NCBI RefSeq assembly: GCF_011386835.1
Contig: NC_088794.1
Span: 11,532,001-11,596,000 of the forward strand
Direction: 5' to 3'
Length of the DNA stretch: 64,000 nt
DNA from: Chrysemys picta bellii
Taxonomy: Eukaryota
Both the position numbers and the translations under genes were made by a program. The notes beneath the pieces were generated by a model that was not told the origin of the DNA, searched no databases, and saw only the letters and a program-made list of their open reading frames with translations. How positions within the stretch are numbered: position 1 is the stretch's first letter; the number at the start of each line of letters is the position of its first letter. This document shows positions 1-13,900 of the stretch, piece after piece.

Positions 1-448
1 GGGGTTGGGATGCAGTGAGTGGGAGTGGGGCAGGAGATGCAATGGGTGGATGTGGTGAGGGTGGCAGGGGAGAGATGCAGTGGGGTGGGTGTTTGTTGGG
101 TAGCAGTGGTGGTTGGAGATGCAGTGGAGGGGTTGGGATACAGTGAGTGGGTGTGGGGAGTGGGGTGGGAGATGCAGTGTGGGGGTGTGGGGAGGGAGAT
201 GCAGTGGGTGGATGCGGTGAGGGTGGCAGGGGAGAGATGCAGTGCGGTGGGTGTTTGTGGGGTAGCAGTGATGGCTGGGATGCAGTGAGTGGGTGTAGGG
301 AGTGGGGTAGGAGATGCAGTGGTGGGGAGGTGATGTTGATTAGGAGATGCAGTGGGGTGGGATTGGAGGGTTGGTGGTGAGGGAAATGCAGTGGGGGGGG
401 GGCAGGTGTTCATGCCATAGGACTTACCATCCTGTTCTTTATCTCCAG

Positions 449-3400
449 GTCCTGATTATGATACAAGCCAATGGACTAATGAGAAAGAGAAGCTGGGGCT
501 GGATTTCCCGAACGTACGTAGCAGCCTCCTTTGCCGTTCCCCATGTGTCGCTGGGGAGGACAGGGTCAGAGAGGGAAGTGGTTGGAGACTAGCAGCTTTC
601 ACGGCTGGCTCTGAGGTGGAGCCAGGCCGTTGGCTGGGGAAGGGCTCCCAGCTCTCCAGTGCCCCCTTGGCTGGTGCAGGAGACTCAGGCCTTGCTGTCT
701 TTGCAGCAGCGAGCACGTGGCTGTGCCTAGCCTGAGTGTGATCGTGGTTGTGCATGGCTATAAGGTTAAATGCTAGGCACTGAACAGTGAATCTGGGGCC
801 CTGCTGTCCACCTGCTCCCCCAAGCAGAGTCAAAAAGTGCAGGGCCTGCTCATGAGACACTGAGCTCTGCTCTTTGACCTCCCGCCGACTAGGAGGCACA
901 AGTAGCTTGGTGGCTGCGGTGCCCTCCAAGAGTAGGATAAATGGGTGGGGAGAACTTATCCCCTGACATCCTCTCTTTGCCCTCCCAGCTCCCCTATCTC
1001 ATTGACGGCCAGACCAAGCTCACGCAGAGCAATGCTATCCTCCGCTACGTAGCGCGCAAACACAAGATGGGTGAGTATTGCTGCAAGTCGAAGGCTTGTC
1101 TGCACGGGGAACTTGACTGGAACAGCTCCTCTGGAATAGGTCCCCAGTCCAGAGTAAAAGTGCTGGGCCATTATTCTAGAAGACCTAGGTCATTCCAGAA
1201 TAACTGGGCTGGTCAATTCCCCCCAGTGAAGACAAGCCCTTAGAGGCTAGTTGAGATTTAAACCATGGTTGCTGAGCCTCTCTGCCCCTGTGTGTTTTCT
1301 GACTCCCAGCTGGCGAGAGTGAGGAGGAGATACAGAGAGTGGACATGCTGGAGAACCAGGTGATGGATTTCCGCCTGGCCTTTGCAAGGATCTGCTACAG
1401 CCCTGACTTCGTGAGTGCATCCCTGCTCCCCTGGGGGTGTGGGTCATAGCTGGAGTGCAAGAGATGACTCAGGAGGGTCACATGAGGTTAACAGGTGTAG
1501 ATATAATCCAGAGCTTTACAAGCCTCCATTAATTACCTGGGCAGAAGAGTAGTTATCCCCATTTTACAGAGGTGGGGGAGAGAGAAGTGATGTGACTTGC
1601 CTGAGGTCCCACAGTAAACCAGTAGCAGAGGTAAGATAGAATTTGAGCCCTCCCTAGATTCAGCACTGCCTGTTCCCCCATCCCACGCTGCCTCACAGAC
1701 AGAGAGAGGTGGAATTGCTCAGGGATTATGTGTCAGAGCAGACCAGTCTGTGAAGTCTATTACGGCTCCTCTCTAGCCACAGCCTCTTCCTTCAAAGGAA
1801 GGTGAATAATTTCTATCATGCACCAGACTAGTTCCCTGATGTTGGCATGGGAGGGAGGAGAGTGTCTGGGATGGGAGATCCCTTCAGATGATCAGTTTAT
1901 GCCCCAAAAGTTGGGACTGAATTACCCCCGTCACTGCCTTGGGCCACCTTAGAAAGCCGGAACTCTGAGTTGCTCCGGGGTGGTGGGGATTGCGAGGATT
2001 TGACCCACAGCTCCCTTGCTTCTATTTTCCCTTCTGCAGGAGAAACTGAAGCTGGAGTACTTGGAGCAGCTGCCCGGGAAGCTGAAGCTGTTCTCCCAGT
2101 TCCTGGGGGTCCGGAAGTGGTTTGCTGGGGAGAAGGTATGTCGCTAGACAGGGACTGAGGACATAGCTGCTCCATGTTAAAGAGAGGCCAGAGATGGGAA
2201 GTGCAGATCGGGATGGTTCTGATCTGACGCTCTGCTTATTTTCATTCTAATTTCCAAGCTCACCTATGTTGACTTCCTCGCGTACGACATCCTGGATCAG
2301 CACCGCATGTTCGCACCCAAGTGCCTGGATCAACTAAAGAATCTGAAGGATTTTCTTGACCGATTTGAGGTGAGCTTGGCCCTGACTCCCCTGTGACATG
2401 CTGCTCTCTGGATCTCCAGTTCTGCAGGGTCTGCAGTATGTGACCCTGGGTCAAGTTACTTTTCCCAATTAAGGTTGATAGATGGTTTCCATTCTAAGCC
2501 TTCTGCACCCTTTATCTTGTCAAAACAATAACCCACCTCTTGGTCCTTTTCACAATATATGGAATCGGCGTTCACCTTAAACAGGAGGTGTTCATTATAG
2601 AAGACAATCAACACTAAAGACACACAAACAAGTTTCCACACAGCTCAAGTTCCAGCACTGTCTCCCTTGTGAAGAGCTCCAGACAGGAAACTGGTGAACA
2701 GCACATAGTCATAAGAACATAAGAACATAAGAAAGGCCGTACCGGGTCAGACCAAAGGTCCATCTAACCCAGTATCCTGTCTACCGACAGTGGCCAATGC
2801 CAGGTGCCCCAGAGGGAGTGAACCTAACAGGCAATGATCAAGTGATCTCTCTCCTGCCATCCATCTCCACCCTCTGACAGACAGACAGGCTAGGACACCA
2901 TTCCTTACCCGTCCTGGCTAATAGCCATTAATGGACTTCACCACCATGAATTGATCCGGTTCTCTTTTAAACTCTGTTATAGTCCTAGCTTTCACAACCT
3001 CCTCAGGCAAGGAGTTCCACAAGTTGACTGTGCGCTGCGTGAAGAAGAACTTCCTTTTATTTGTTTTAAACCTGCTGCCTATTAATTTCATTTGATGACC
3101 CCTAGTTCTTGTATTATGGGAATAAGTAAATAACTTTTCCCTCTCCACTTTCTCCACATCACTCATGATTTTATAGACCTCTATCATATCCCCCCTTAGT
3201 CTCCTCTTTTCCAAGCTGAAGAGTCCTAGCCTCTTTAATCTCTCCTCATATGGGACCTGTTCCAAACTCTTAATCATTTTAGTTGCCCTTTTCTGAACCT
3301 TTTCTAGTGCCAGTATATCTTTTTTGAGATGAGGAGATCACATCTGTACGCAGTATTCGAGATGAGGGCGTACCATCGATTTATATAAGGGCAATAATAT

Positions 3401-4725
3401 ATTCTCAGTCTTATTCTCTATCCCCTTTTTAATGATTCCTAACATCCTGTTTGCTTTTTTGACTGCCTCTGCACACTGCGTGGACATTTTCAGAGAACTA
3501 TCCACGATGACTCCAAGATCTTTTTCCTGACTTCTTGTAGCTAAATTAACCCCCATCATATTGTAGGTATAGTTGGGGTTATTTTTTCCAATGTGCATTA
3601 CTTTACATTTATCCACAGTAAATTTCATTTGCCATTTTGTTGCCCAATCACTTAGTTTTGTGAGATCTTTTTGAAGTTCTTCACAGTCTGCTTTGGACTT
3701 AACTATCTTGAGCAGTTTAGTATCATCTGCAAACTTTGCCACCTCACTGTTTATCCCTTTCTCCAGATCATTTATGAATAAGTTGAATAGGATTGGTCCG
3801 AGGACTGACCCTTGGGGAACACCACTAGTTACCACTCTCCATTCTGAGAATTTACCATTAATTCCTACCCTTTGTTCCCTGTCTTTTCACCAGTTCTCAA
3901 TCCATGAAAGGACCTTCCCTTTTATCCCATGACAGCTTAATTTACATAAGAGTCTTTGGTGAGGGACCTTGTCAAAGGCTTTCCGGAAATCTAAGTACAC
4001 TATGTCCACTGGATCCCCCTTGTCCACATGTTTGTTGACCCCTTCAAAGAATTCTAATAGTCACCTAGTAGCTGAATAATATATTGCAAGTGCACATCAT
4101 TACAGTCCTGAATTTCTCAAGCTTGGTTCTTGGGCAGAGGAGATTTTGAAGAGCAGACTGAGTTTGGAACCGGACAAACTGTTTTAGAGAAATGGAGCTT
4201 TGAGAAGTTACAGGACGTCCTGCTTTTAGAAAGTGCTTTATCTGCTCCTAAACCTAGAGCAGCTCGGCAACGTAAGGGCCTGGCTTTCCGAAGTGCCGAG
4301 TGAAATCGAGCGGTGCGGTGAGTGGTCAGCAGCTTTGAAAAATCACATCCTTGGGGCCTGATCCAAAGCCTTTTGAAGTCTGTGTCAAGGCTCCCACTGA
4401 TTTCAGCAAACTTTGGATTGGACTCTAGGTCCTCCAGAAGAACTGGGCCATAGGAATGTCTGATAAGAGGTGGCTGCGTGCCTTTCTGGTTTGCAATGGG
4501 GAGCGATTCCCAAGCAGCTGTTTGGCTGTGGCCCATGCTGAATTTCTGGCGGTGATGATGGGTAGGGGGCATGTGAGGAGCTGATGATGTCTCTTTACGT
4601 TGATGGATCTTCTTTTGCTTTCCCTGTAGGCCCTGGAGAAGATCGCTGCCTACCTGAGTTCTAGCCGCTCCATGAAGACTCCCATTTTCTGGAGAACTGC
4701 CCAATGGAGCAACAAAAAGGAGTAG
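449..4725 (+). CDS. GSTM: Glutathione S-transferase mu, gene B (5'-partial; exons 3-8 in window)
   Basis: Exons 449-513, 989-1070, 1310-1410, 2040-2135, 2259-2369, 4630-4725 have the canonical mu-class sizes (65, 82, 101, 96, 111, 96 nt), GT-AG sites and consistent phases. Translation: [49 protein letters not shown]/...[21 protein letters not shown].../...[14 protein letters not shown]. Exons 1-2 presumably lie left of base 1. Confidence 0.95.
1553..1670. mobile_element. MIR/CORE-SINE-like remnant (similar remnants at ~26370-26600, ~35565-35660, ~52310-52420)
   Basis: ttatccccattttacaga..gtgacttgcctgaggtcccacag resembles the MIR core. Confidence 0.55.
2712..4056 (-). mobile_element. 5'-truncated CR1 LINE (RT C-terminal half, 3' UTR, (TTCTTATG)n tail) in GSTM B intron 7
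   Basis: ORFs with [28 protein letters not shown] and RPHLEYCVQ. Tail cataagaa x3 at 2710-2733. Flanking duplication atagtca at 2705-2711 and 4057-4063. Confidence 0.95.
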
Positions 4726-5909
4726 GCTCAAGTGGAGCTCAGCAAATGTCAAACAACTCTCTTGGCATTGACCCACTACAGCATCTGAGAAGGAGACGGA
4801 GACCCCTGGAACCCCTCTAGCTTGCAAAGTCCCATTACACAGCAAATCAGTAATAGCTGAAATCCGCAAGCCCTGTTGTAATCCTTCCCACTCAGCTAGC
4901 TGCGATTACTGGCTAATGAGAACATTTTGGTGACTGTATAGTCGTCTCAGCTTATTGACTTTCCTGGTTTCTGTTTGTTTTTCAAAAATAGATCTCTAGG
5001 GAGTTCTGATTAGGAGACCCTTAGTTCTACTTTTAAACCTCTTCTGACTTTCAGCATTTATCCCGGCATGCAGGCCAGTTCCTGCTTCCATTGGTGCTCT
5101 TCAGATGGCCAAGTGGCTCTTTGACAAAGGGCTCTGAATTTCAGAGGTGTTGAGCACCTACCACTCCTTTGAGCCCCTGTGCATATGAAAATATAAACAG
5201 AAAGATAATTCTCCCCTCCCCTTAAACCTGCTCTCTCCTGGAGCACCCCACACACACCGGCTTGTGATCACACACGCAGAAAGAAGATCATGTTTCAGAG
5301 GGGACGGAAGATTTCCCTTTTGTGACTAGATATGTAAGAAGTTGGCTAGTTCCTGGGGGCCAGCGTGAGAAAGCCCTGATGTCCTATCCAATGCATAATC
5401 AAGGTACTAATTAAATCACCATCCTCCCCTCCGACAGGACAGCTCAGCCAAGTAGAGGGGAGAGGAAGCTGGATGCACCCAATCAGGTTTGTAAGTGTGC
5501 TGCGCCCTGCAGCCCCTGTTCTGACACAGAGGGCCAGATCCCCAAGAGAACTCAGTCTGGCCCCTCCGTTTAGTGCCTACAGCAGAGCGGAGCTGTCTGG
5601 AAGCTTGGTCCCAAAGCACTGTTGCACACAGCTGAGAGAGCAAGTAATGCAGTGCTTGTATGGGCTGGGAGCAGGTTTAGGGAGACGTAGTCTGGATTTG
5701 TGCAACCGCAAAGAACCCCAGGGCAGTAGTGGAGAGTAGCAGAGAGGGACCCAGTCGTTCCAATGGGGTGGAGGTTTTGAGGCTTATGTAAATCCCTGGC
5801 CTTTCAATCTCTAAAGCCACAGGCCTCTGCTGTGTAAGCTAAAGCAGATCTCCTTTGGCTGGCAGATGTAGTAGGGCCTTTATCTACCTTGTGGTTTCAG
5901 CTACTAGCT

Positions 5910-6351
5910 CAGGGGCGGGCAAACTTTTTGGCCTGAGGGCCGCATCGGGTTTCATAAATTGTATGGAGGGCCGGTTAGGGGAGGGGGTTGTGGCCCGGTC
6001 CCCACCTCCTATCTGCCCCCCTGGGGCCCCTACCCCATCCAACCACCCCTTCTCCCTGTCCCCTGACTGCCCCCAGAACCCCTGCCCCTGACTGCCCCCC
6101 CCCATCCAATCCCTCCTCTCATTCCTGATGCCCACCGGCTTGAGCTGGGCCATGCCATTGCCACGCACAGCTCAGAGACTGGGTCAGACCTGGCTCTGCA
6201 GCTGCGCTGCCCCAGGAGCTCACAGCCGCACCGCGCCGCCCAGAGCATGGTGCTGGCGGAAGAGCAAGAGAGCTGAGGCTGTGGGGGAGGGGGACAGCAG
6301 GGGAGGGGATGGGGCAGGACGGTCCCGTGGGCTGTAGTTTGCCCACCTCTG
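5910..6351. mobile_element. hAT-type MITE (mirrored at ~18146-18588)
   Basis: TIRs caggggcgggcaaact / agtttgcccacctctg; flanks tactagct / tactagag. Confidence 0.8.
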
Positions 6352-7419
6352 TACTAGAGGACACCATCACACATTTGCTGCTTTGTACACAGAGCCAGTA
6401 CATTACACAGTGAGTGCCAGTGGTCATGGCAACGTCTGTGACTATATCTCCCTTGCTGAGCAGCATGTGAGCCGGGGGCTCCCTGTGTTTCTTCCTCCAA
6501 TCTCTTGCAAACTAGGAGTGTTGCCCTTTGTTCCCCACAACGATCATACAACACGGCTTTCCCCTGTGCCTAAACACAAGGGCCAGCTACCCTGACACGA
6601 GCATGGAGAACTGGTGACCCCAGAGGGTGAGGGGCCGATGGGGAGCAGCAGGCTGACAGCACAGGAGAAAACCCGGTGTAATGTGGCTAAGGGGTGGGAT
6701 GGCAGGGGGCCAGAGGAGGTATAGAGGGGAGATGCCCCATATCAGAGCAAGTACAAAGTGATGCTGGTGTGAGGAGGAGAAAACCCTGGAGGACGTAAGT
6801 AGGGCCTGGGCCTTTTGGAAACCCTTGCACGGGGAGGGGGAAGGTATCGATTGCCCACCCAGAGTACTGTTCCTGGAGTACTGTGGTGGAAGGATGCCTG
6901 CTTGGCCCAATCCCCTATTTGCTCTTGCAGCCGATGCTCAGTGTAACCATGGCTGATGCCCGCGGGCAGTGCCCCTCTCAATTTCAGGAACTCTTTTCAT
7001 CTTGCATCTCGTGTTTGCAGCACATGGTAGAGATGTCTCCCCAGCTGGGAAGCAGGGGCCTGATTCTGATCATACCCTGGTGTAAATCAGGAGTAACCCC
7101 ACGGGGCCCCGTTCCTCTCTCACCCAGGTGTAAATCAGGAGTAACTCCATTTAGGTCAGGGGAGCTGCACTGGTGTCAAACTGGGGTGAGTAAGAGGAGA
7201 CTCGGACCCGTTGTTTTCTGGGAGGATGAGCATGAGCTTATTTTTGGATTAAATCTCTTTGCGGTCCCTTTGCTTAGACCAATATCTCCCGTGAGCGGTT
7301 CCAGCCATTTTCCAGCAGGTCCCTCGTCCCTCTCTCTGCACAGGCTCCACCCCAGAGTCCGCCGGGCGGTGCTTCATTTAAAGAGGCACTGCCCGGTTGA
7401 AAACAAAACCCGGGCTAGA

Positions 7420-7960
7420 ACAAATCCGGGGCCCGGCCCGTGTGAATAGCACCTCGCACGCGAAACCGCTTTACCCGGGCACCTTCCCTCCCGCAGCGCC
7501 AACACCCCGCAACTGGGCTGGGCTTTTGGTCGCTTCTCAGGAGTGCATGTGCCCGGCGCTGCAGCGTCCGCCGGGCAAACCTCTGCCCCGCTGGGAGTGT
7601 GTGGAGCGGGGATCGGGGCCTCGCCTAGAGCCGAGCAGCGACACCTGCTTCCCCCGCAATCGCCCGTTCAAATAAAACACCCCTGGGGGCGTGTCTACGG
7701 GTTTGGGCGGCGCGGCCCCTTTAAGACCCCCCTCCCCATTGGGTTGTGCTCGGCAGCCGCTCCCATTGCCGGGCAGGTTATAGAGCAGCCGCCGCGCTCC
7801 AGTCCCGACTCCCCGACAGACGCAGCCGCTGGAGCAGCCGCGTAAAGCAGCAGGAAAAGCAGCGCAGCGCAGCGCACCATGCCGGTGGTTCTCGGGTACT
7901 GGGACATCCGCGGGGTGAGTCCGAGCTGCAGCGCCGGGCACGGGGCGGGGGCTGCTATTT
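7420..7960 (+). promoter_or_regulatory. CpG-island promoter of GSTM A
   Basis: CpG-dense. Inverted CCAAT (attgg, 7738-7742) and TATA-like ttatagag (7778-7785) ~100 nt upstream of the ATG. Confidence 0.7.
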
Positions 7961-10900
7961 TCATTTCCCCCTGGGCCTGACTCTCTAGCCGAGTGGGGTC
8001 ATGTCTCTGGAGGCTGCTGACGCTGGGTGGGGGGGACCCTACCAAATTCATGGCCATGAAGAATGTGTCCTTGACTGTGAAATCGGGTCTTGTCTGTGCT
8101 TTTAACCTCTACTGATTTCACGGGGGACACCAGCGTTCCTCCAATGGGGGGCCCTGACTCAAAAGGGGGCTGCAGGGCGTCACAAGGTAGCTTGAGGGGT
8201 TTGTGATACTGCCACCCTCACTTCTGTGCTGCCTTCAGCGGTGGGTAGCTGGCAAGTGGTGGCTGGTGGCCGGACAACCAGCTCTGAAGGCAGCTCCCCG
8301 CCAGCAGCAGTGCAGAAGTAAGGGTGGCAAGACCATACTGTGCCAGCCTCACTTCTGTGCTACTGACTGGCTCTGAAGAAGTACCACAACCCCCCCCCCC
8401 CCTCCCACCACACACACACACACAATAACCTTCTAACTTCCCCACACACACACACAACTCCTTGTTGGGTCAGGACCCCTACAATTACAGCATGCTGACA
8501 CTTCAGATTTAAATCGTTGAAATCATTAAATTTGCCATTTAAAAAAATCCTAGGACTGTGAAATTGATCAAAATGGGCCATGAATTTGGTTGTTCCCTAT
8601 TGATGGAACCTGCTTGTTAATGATGCCATACAGCCCACCTGCCCCTCCTTGCAGCAAAAGGAGCACGTGGCCCCTGCTGCTTTCCTGCATTGTTTTCAAC
8701 AGAGCCTTCTGCTGTTGCAAGAGTCTCTGTAGAAAGCACCCAGAAAAACAAAATAAGGGTGCCCCTGTGCTTTGGCCCAGGGCGTCTCTAGGGATCTGTA
8801 GGTGGCTCCGGGGCTATGGGACAGGTGTTGGGGAAGTGGCCTGTGTTCATAGGTGGTGAGTTACATGGGCCCATGGTGCCCGTGCTCCATCAATATTTAG
8901 GAACGTGGGCCTGGCTCCACCAATGTTTGGGTTTACCGTGCTTTGGGGAGGCCCCCATGCTTCAGGGGGACATAGGGTCCAGGGCAGCCTGGGGGGTTAG
9001 TGGGGAGCCTGATGCCGGCAGCAGCGCGCGATTTGGCCCCGGCGCACCCCACTGGCTCCTCGCGTTGCCATGGGCAGGTAGAGGGCCAAAGCCCCTGACT
9101 CAAGATTGGAGGTGGGGGGGAATCTCGCTCCATTATCTATTTCCCTTCCCACTCCAAGGGGAAAACGTAGAACAGGGATGGTCCCAAACCACTGGAAAGC
9201 AGAAATGGCCTTACACCTGAGCATGCCATCGCCTGCTCCCATGCACATGGTGCCGCGCACTGTAGCCCTCATGCCTTGCACGGTATCCATGTGGGAAGGG
9301 CTGGATTGCAAAACGGTTACACTTGCAAGCCCTGTGTGCAGCTGGGGGTGGTAGGTTTTGAGGTTTGGCTGGCACTGGGCACCAAACTGCTCTGCCTGCA
9401 CTTGTTCGAGCCTGCCTTGGTGGGGAGCTCATAGCGGTTTTGGGGGAGCTGACGTGAATCTGGAGTTGCTTGCCTCCGGGGGCAGGGTGCTGCTCTGGTG
9501 GTGGTGAGTTCTAATCCAGCTCCTCTCACTGACTATATGTCCGCAGGCAGGACTGTTGGCCTCATGCAGGGTTATTTCCATTGTTTGAGTACTTGATTTG
9601 GCTGGGGCCTGGTCTTCAGGTAATACCCATTGGGCACCCAAAGTTAGAAACCATTCTTTAGAAACTAGATCTTAATCTGTGCCTCAGTTTCCCTACCTGC
9701 AAAGATGAGGTGTGTGATGGAAGGGGTGGGGCAAAGGAGACTGACCTGCCTTTTGTATGGGCTAAGATGTCTAAGCACTTGAGGAGGAGTGCTGTAGTGA
9801 CCCTCACCAGGGAGGGGACTGACGGGTGAAAGAGGAGAAGTCACTGCTCCCTTTCATTGCTGCAACCACAGTGACCCGGCTCCTGAAAGACAAATCACGA
9901 CCTTTGGCAAAGGAATCTCTTGGGGTTGAATTTCCAGGCTGCTTTTGGGGTGGGCGTGGGGGAGGAGGGACGATGAAGCTTGTTCAGTGAACTCCCTTGA
10001 GGCTGAAGAATTACATTAGACCAGGAAGACTCTCACTCCGGCTTGCAGGCTGCCAGTGACTCTTTATCGTGTCTCCTGTGGCTCTTGCAGCACATAATTA
10101 AAATACTGATTTAATTATTAACCAATCAGGATGCTTATGCTATGCTTATGCTAGCCAATTGTAGTTGCTGAATTAATACTTGCACTGTGATTTTGCTGTG
10201 AGAAGAATATAAGCTGTAGATATTTCCTGCCATACTGTTTTAAATATGAATATATAGTACTATAGTAAATGAAATGAGGAGTTCACACCCTTGTGGCTCT
10301 TCTGGGTAAAGCTGATGGTAACTTGACTCCTGTAGCCTGAGGTCGGAATCCCCCTGCTCTGATGCTAATACTTGCAGGCTCTCATGTTGCCCTGGTCTTC
10401 TCCCTGCAGCTTGCCCACTCCATCCGACTGCTGCTGGAATACACGGGCACCGCGTACGAGGACAAGATGTACAGCTGTGGGGAAGGTGAGTGGTGCAGGC
10501 AGGGAGCAAAGCTAGCCCTCCCCGGCTCATTGAGTGGAAAGTGTTCTGAGGGGCCAGGAACGGCTCGTTTGTGTAGGAGCTCTGCTCCCAGCTCTGCGGA
10601 GACACCCCTTTCCCTTGCCAGGCGAAAGGCTCTAGTGAGCCTGCTGGTGGCTGTGAGGGCCTCTTGCCTGGCTGACTTGGACTAGTCACAGCTCTGTGCA
10701 GTCTGAGTCTCCAGGGAGCAAAGGGCTTCCTGGTCCCTACAAGAAATTCTTAGCATGAATCTCCTTCAGTGGAGTGCCATGCATTCTAGAGGGTCATGTG
10801 CTGCCGCATGCTGACCTGGTGTTTGATGGGGTAATGTTTACACTAAGGAAGTAGGGAAGGGATCCCACAGTTCTTGGCTGTTGGACTGGTATCTGACAAA

Positions 10901-13900
10901 CCATGCCGTCAGAGCTGGATTAACCAACATACCAATGAGGCCTGAGCCAGCCTAGGGCTGCTAATCTGCCAGTGTCTGGCTGTTAGACCTAGCCACTAGG
11001 AAATTTAGAGTTAACTCTTCATTCATTCATTTCAGGACTGTGTCCTGTCTTACCAGTCTGCTCAAACACCTGCTCCTAGCTCTCAGCAAATCCCACTGCA
11101 CTGGATTCTCTAGAATCTAATTTAGTGAGTGTGCTAATAGTTGGTCTTTAAAGACAGCTAGAAAACTACCTGTTGCAAGGACCATTTCCCATAACAAACT
11201 CACAAGAAAGTTGCATGCTCGTTATCTTGGGCTTTTAATCCTCCATCCCTGGCATGTGCTCTCTGGTTTCTCTTGGTGCCTGAGTGCTTTCAGCATAAAG
11301 GGAATTGCTCCAGATGACCTCCCCAAATATCTTTGCTGCTCTTGTGAGGCAGTTCAGCATCTAAACACTTGTTACCAGTGGCTTAGGCTATTGCTACCAT
11401 GGAGAAGCCCCCCATTTTATCCTGCACCAGCAGTTAGGTGTTGTGACAGGGTCAGACCAGATGGCTACAGGAGAGTGATAGAAGGCAGATATATTTGCCC
11501 CAGATTAAGTAGGTCTCTTTTCCCTGGATAAGGTAACAGGGAAGGTTCCAGAACAATCAGGAACTTTCTGGAAACAATTAAAGCAGACAGGCTGATTAGA
11601 ACACCTGCAGCCAATCAAGAAGCTGCTAGAATCAGTTAAGGCAGGCTAATCAGGGCACCAGTTTGTGGTGTGGGTGTAAGGAGCTGGGAGTGAGAGGATG
11701 TGCTGCTGGAGGACTGAGGAGTATAAGCATTAACAGACATCAAGAAGAAGGTCCTGTGGTGAGGATAAAGAAGGTGTTGGGAGGAGGCCATGGGGAAGTA
11801 GCCCAGGGAATTGTAGCTGTTGTGCAGCTGTTCCAGGAGGCACTATAGACAGCTGCAGTCCACAGGGCCCTGGGCTGGAACCCAGAGGGGGGGCCTGGGT
11901 TCCCCCCAAACCTCCCAATTGAGCTGGACCGTGGGTTCTACCAGAGGGGAAGGTCTCTGGGCTGTTCCCCAACTCACATGGTAAATCTCTGAGGCAAGAA
12001 AATCCGCCAATAAGCGCAGGACCCACCAAGATAGAGGAGGAACTTTGTCACAGTGTATATGTTCTGACCTCCTCATTGCATGTAGCTCTAATAGCATCTG
12101 TCAGCTGTAGTCCATGCTACCGTTTAGCATCTGTTGCATGCAGCAATACAATCTTAGGTTGGGATCCTGTAGGATCAGGGGAAGTGACGTTGGGTTGGTT
12201 CACTCTTCAGGGGTGGGACAGAACTTGGTACTGCTGACCTCCAGGGTGACCAGTGAAGCTGGGTCATTACCCCCGAGTGCTCCGCTGAGCACCAGTAGTA
12301 ATTTAGGGTATGTCACCCTGCGAAATGTGTTTGCCTGGGCTGGCTAATTCTGGTTAAGGCAGTTGTAGTTCTAATGTAAGGTAGCAGGTAGACTTAAACA
12401 CCAGATTCCCCTCTAGTCTTTGTCTTTGGTCAACAGGTTAAAACTACAACTGCCATGTCTGTGGTCATTAGGATTTTAACTTGTGGTAAGGACACTTTCT
12501 CTTGGTGTGAAAACACTGTTAGAATTTGGCCAGGGCATGAGAACACTAACTCTTGTCACCACATTCTGCCAAGCTGAAACCACAGAGGAAGACCAACTAG
12601 ATTGAGAACACCCTGCATTGTGCCCTAACATGTTGCAGAGGGTTGTGGTGAGCTGAAGGGACTGCCCCATCTCACCTGAGGGGCAGTAAGTGTGCATGGA
12701 TCACTGCTCTTATTGGCCAAATAAAAGACCCAGTACGCTGAGAGGTTTTGTACTCAACACTGCCCTCTAGAAACCAAGAAGGCTTATTTCCTCTTACCTG
12801 GTGTAGGCTCCTTTAACCTGTATTCCCAGCAGGTGTAGTTCCACACTGATTACAGCTCGCTGGTGTTATCCAGGCCAGAGTTTTTGGACACACTGCAAGT
12901 TGAATGGGCTGACAGTGGACTTTGAGTCTATTATTTACAACTCTGTCAATAACTTAACAGGGTGGACTCAAGTTAATTGGCAGCCGACTCAAATTACAAC
13001 AGGTCCTGAAACTGTGCACCTGTTCTAAAGAAAGCTGCACCTGTTTTAACTTTGGGTGCAGTTTTTTTTAAACTGGCTTAGCTATACTGGTGTGAAGGGC
13101 TGTGTAGACCCTTTTTTATTTCAGTTCAGACCAGGCTTGTAGTTAGGTGTATTTCATTTTAGCATGACTTAAAACCAGAGTAAAGGGGAGCCACACAGCT
13201 TTTTGCACCAGTTTAACCTTCACCAGGTTAGAAATTTCCCCTTAATTTAAACCAAAGCAGCCTTCTTGTGTAGACGTGGCTACTTGATGACTGGGAGAGA
13301 GCTGGCCTGGAAGGATTCCGGCTCAGGCCCTCTTTGACTTAGGACCTGATTTTCAAGAGTGCTGGACCCCTGGTATGTTCTCCGCCTTCAGTGAGCTGAT
13401 GTTGGTCAACACCATGGAGAATCTGCATCACAAGTGTGTGCCATGCTGCCCCAAGATGCTAAGGGGAGGAATTAGGTGGATGTGTTGGCATTGGCCTGGG
13501 ATCTACCCTCTCTGTTCTCCTTCCAGCTCCGGACTATGACAAAAGCCAGTGGATTAAGGAGAAGGAGAAGCTGGGACTGGATTTCCCAAATGTATGTAGA
13601 GTTACTCTGGGTGGGTGGGTGGGCAGGTCCTTCCTTGGGGTGTGGTGGGTTTGGGAGTTTCACTGATTAAGATGGATTCTGGGTGGGGACCAATGCTGGG
13701 GTATCGGTGGGGTTCTTGTGCAGAAGTAGCAGGGAGGGGGGAGTGTGGGAGCCGGAGAAGTGGGAAGAGCTTGCTTACTAACCTTGCCTCTGACTGCCCT
13801 TCCAGCTGCCCTACCTCATCGATGGCAAGACCAAGCTCACGCAGAGCAATGCCATCCTCCGGTACATCGCGCGCAAGCACAAGTTGTGTGAGTATCGGTG

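Larger units (their letters stand above)
1..7589 (+). repeat. Left arm of large inverted segmental duplication (GSTM B unit)
   Basis: Reverse complement matches 17078-~24515 continuously, including exons, CR1 and MITE. Identity about 95-98% by eye. The arm runs off the left window edge. Confidence 0.95.

Noticed and set aside
4117-4869. 250 aa ORF antisense to GSTM exon 8 (204 aa version at 19609)
   Set aside because: Antisense shadow frame; its length is not preserved between the two arms.
6931-7026. Acceptor followed by PMLSVT..., faintly like SLC43A3 PMLTIGG
   Set aside because: Similarity ends after four residues, and the acceptor is not conserved in the other arm.
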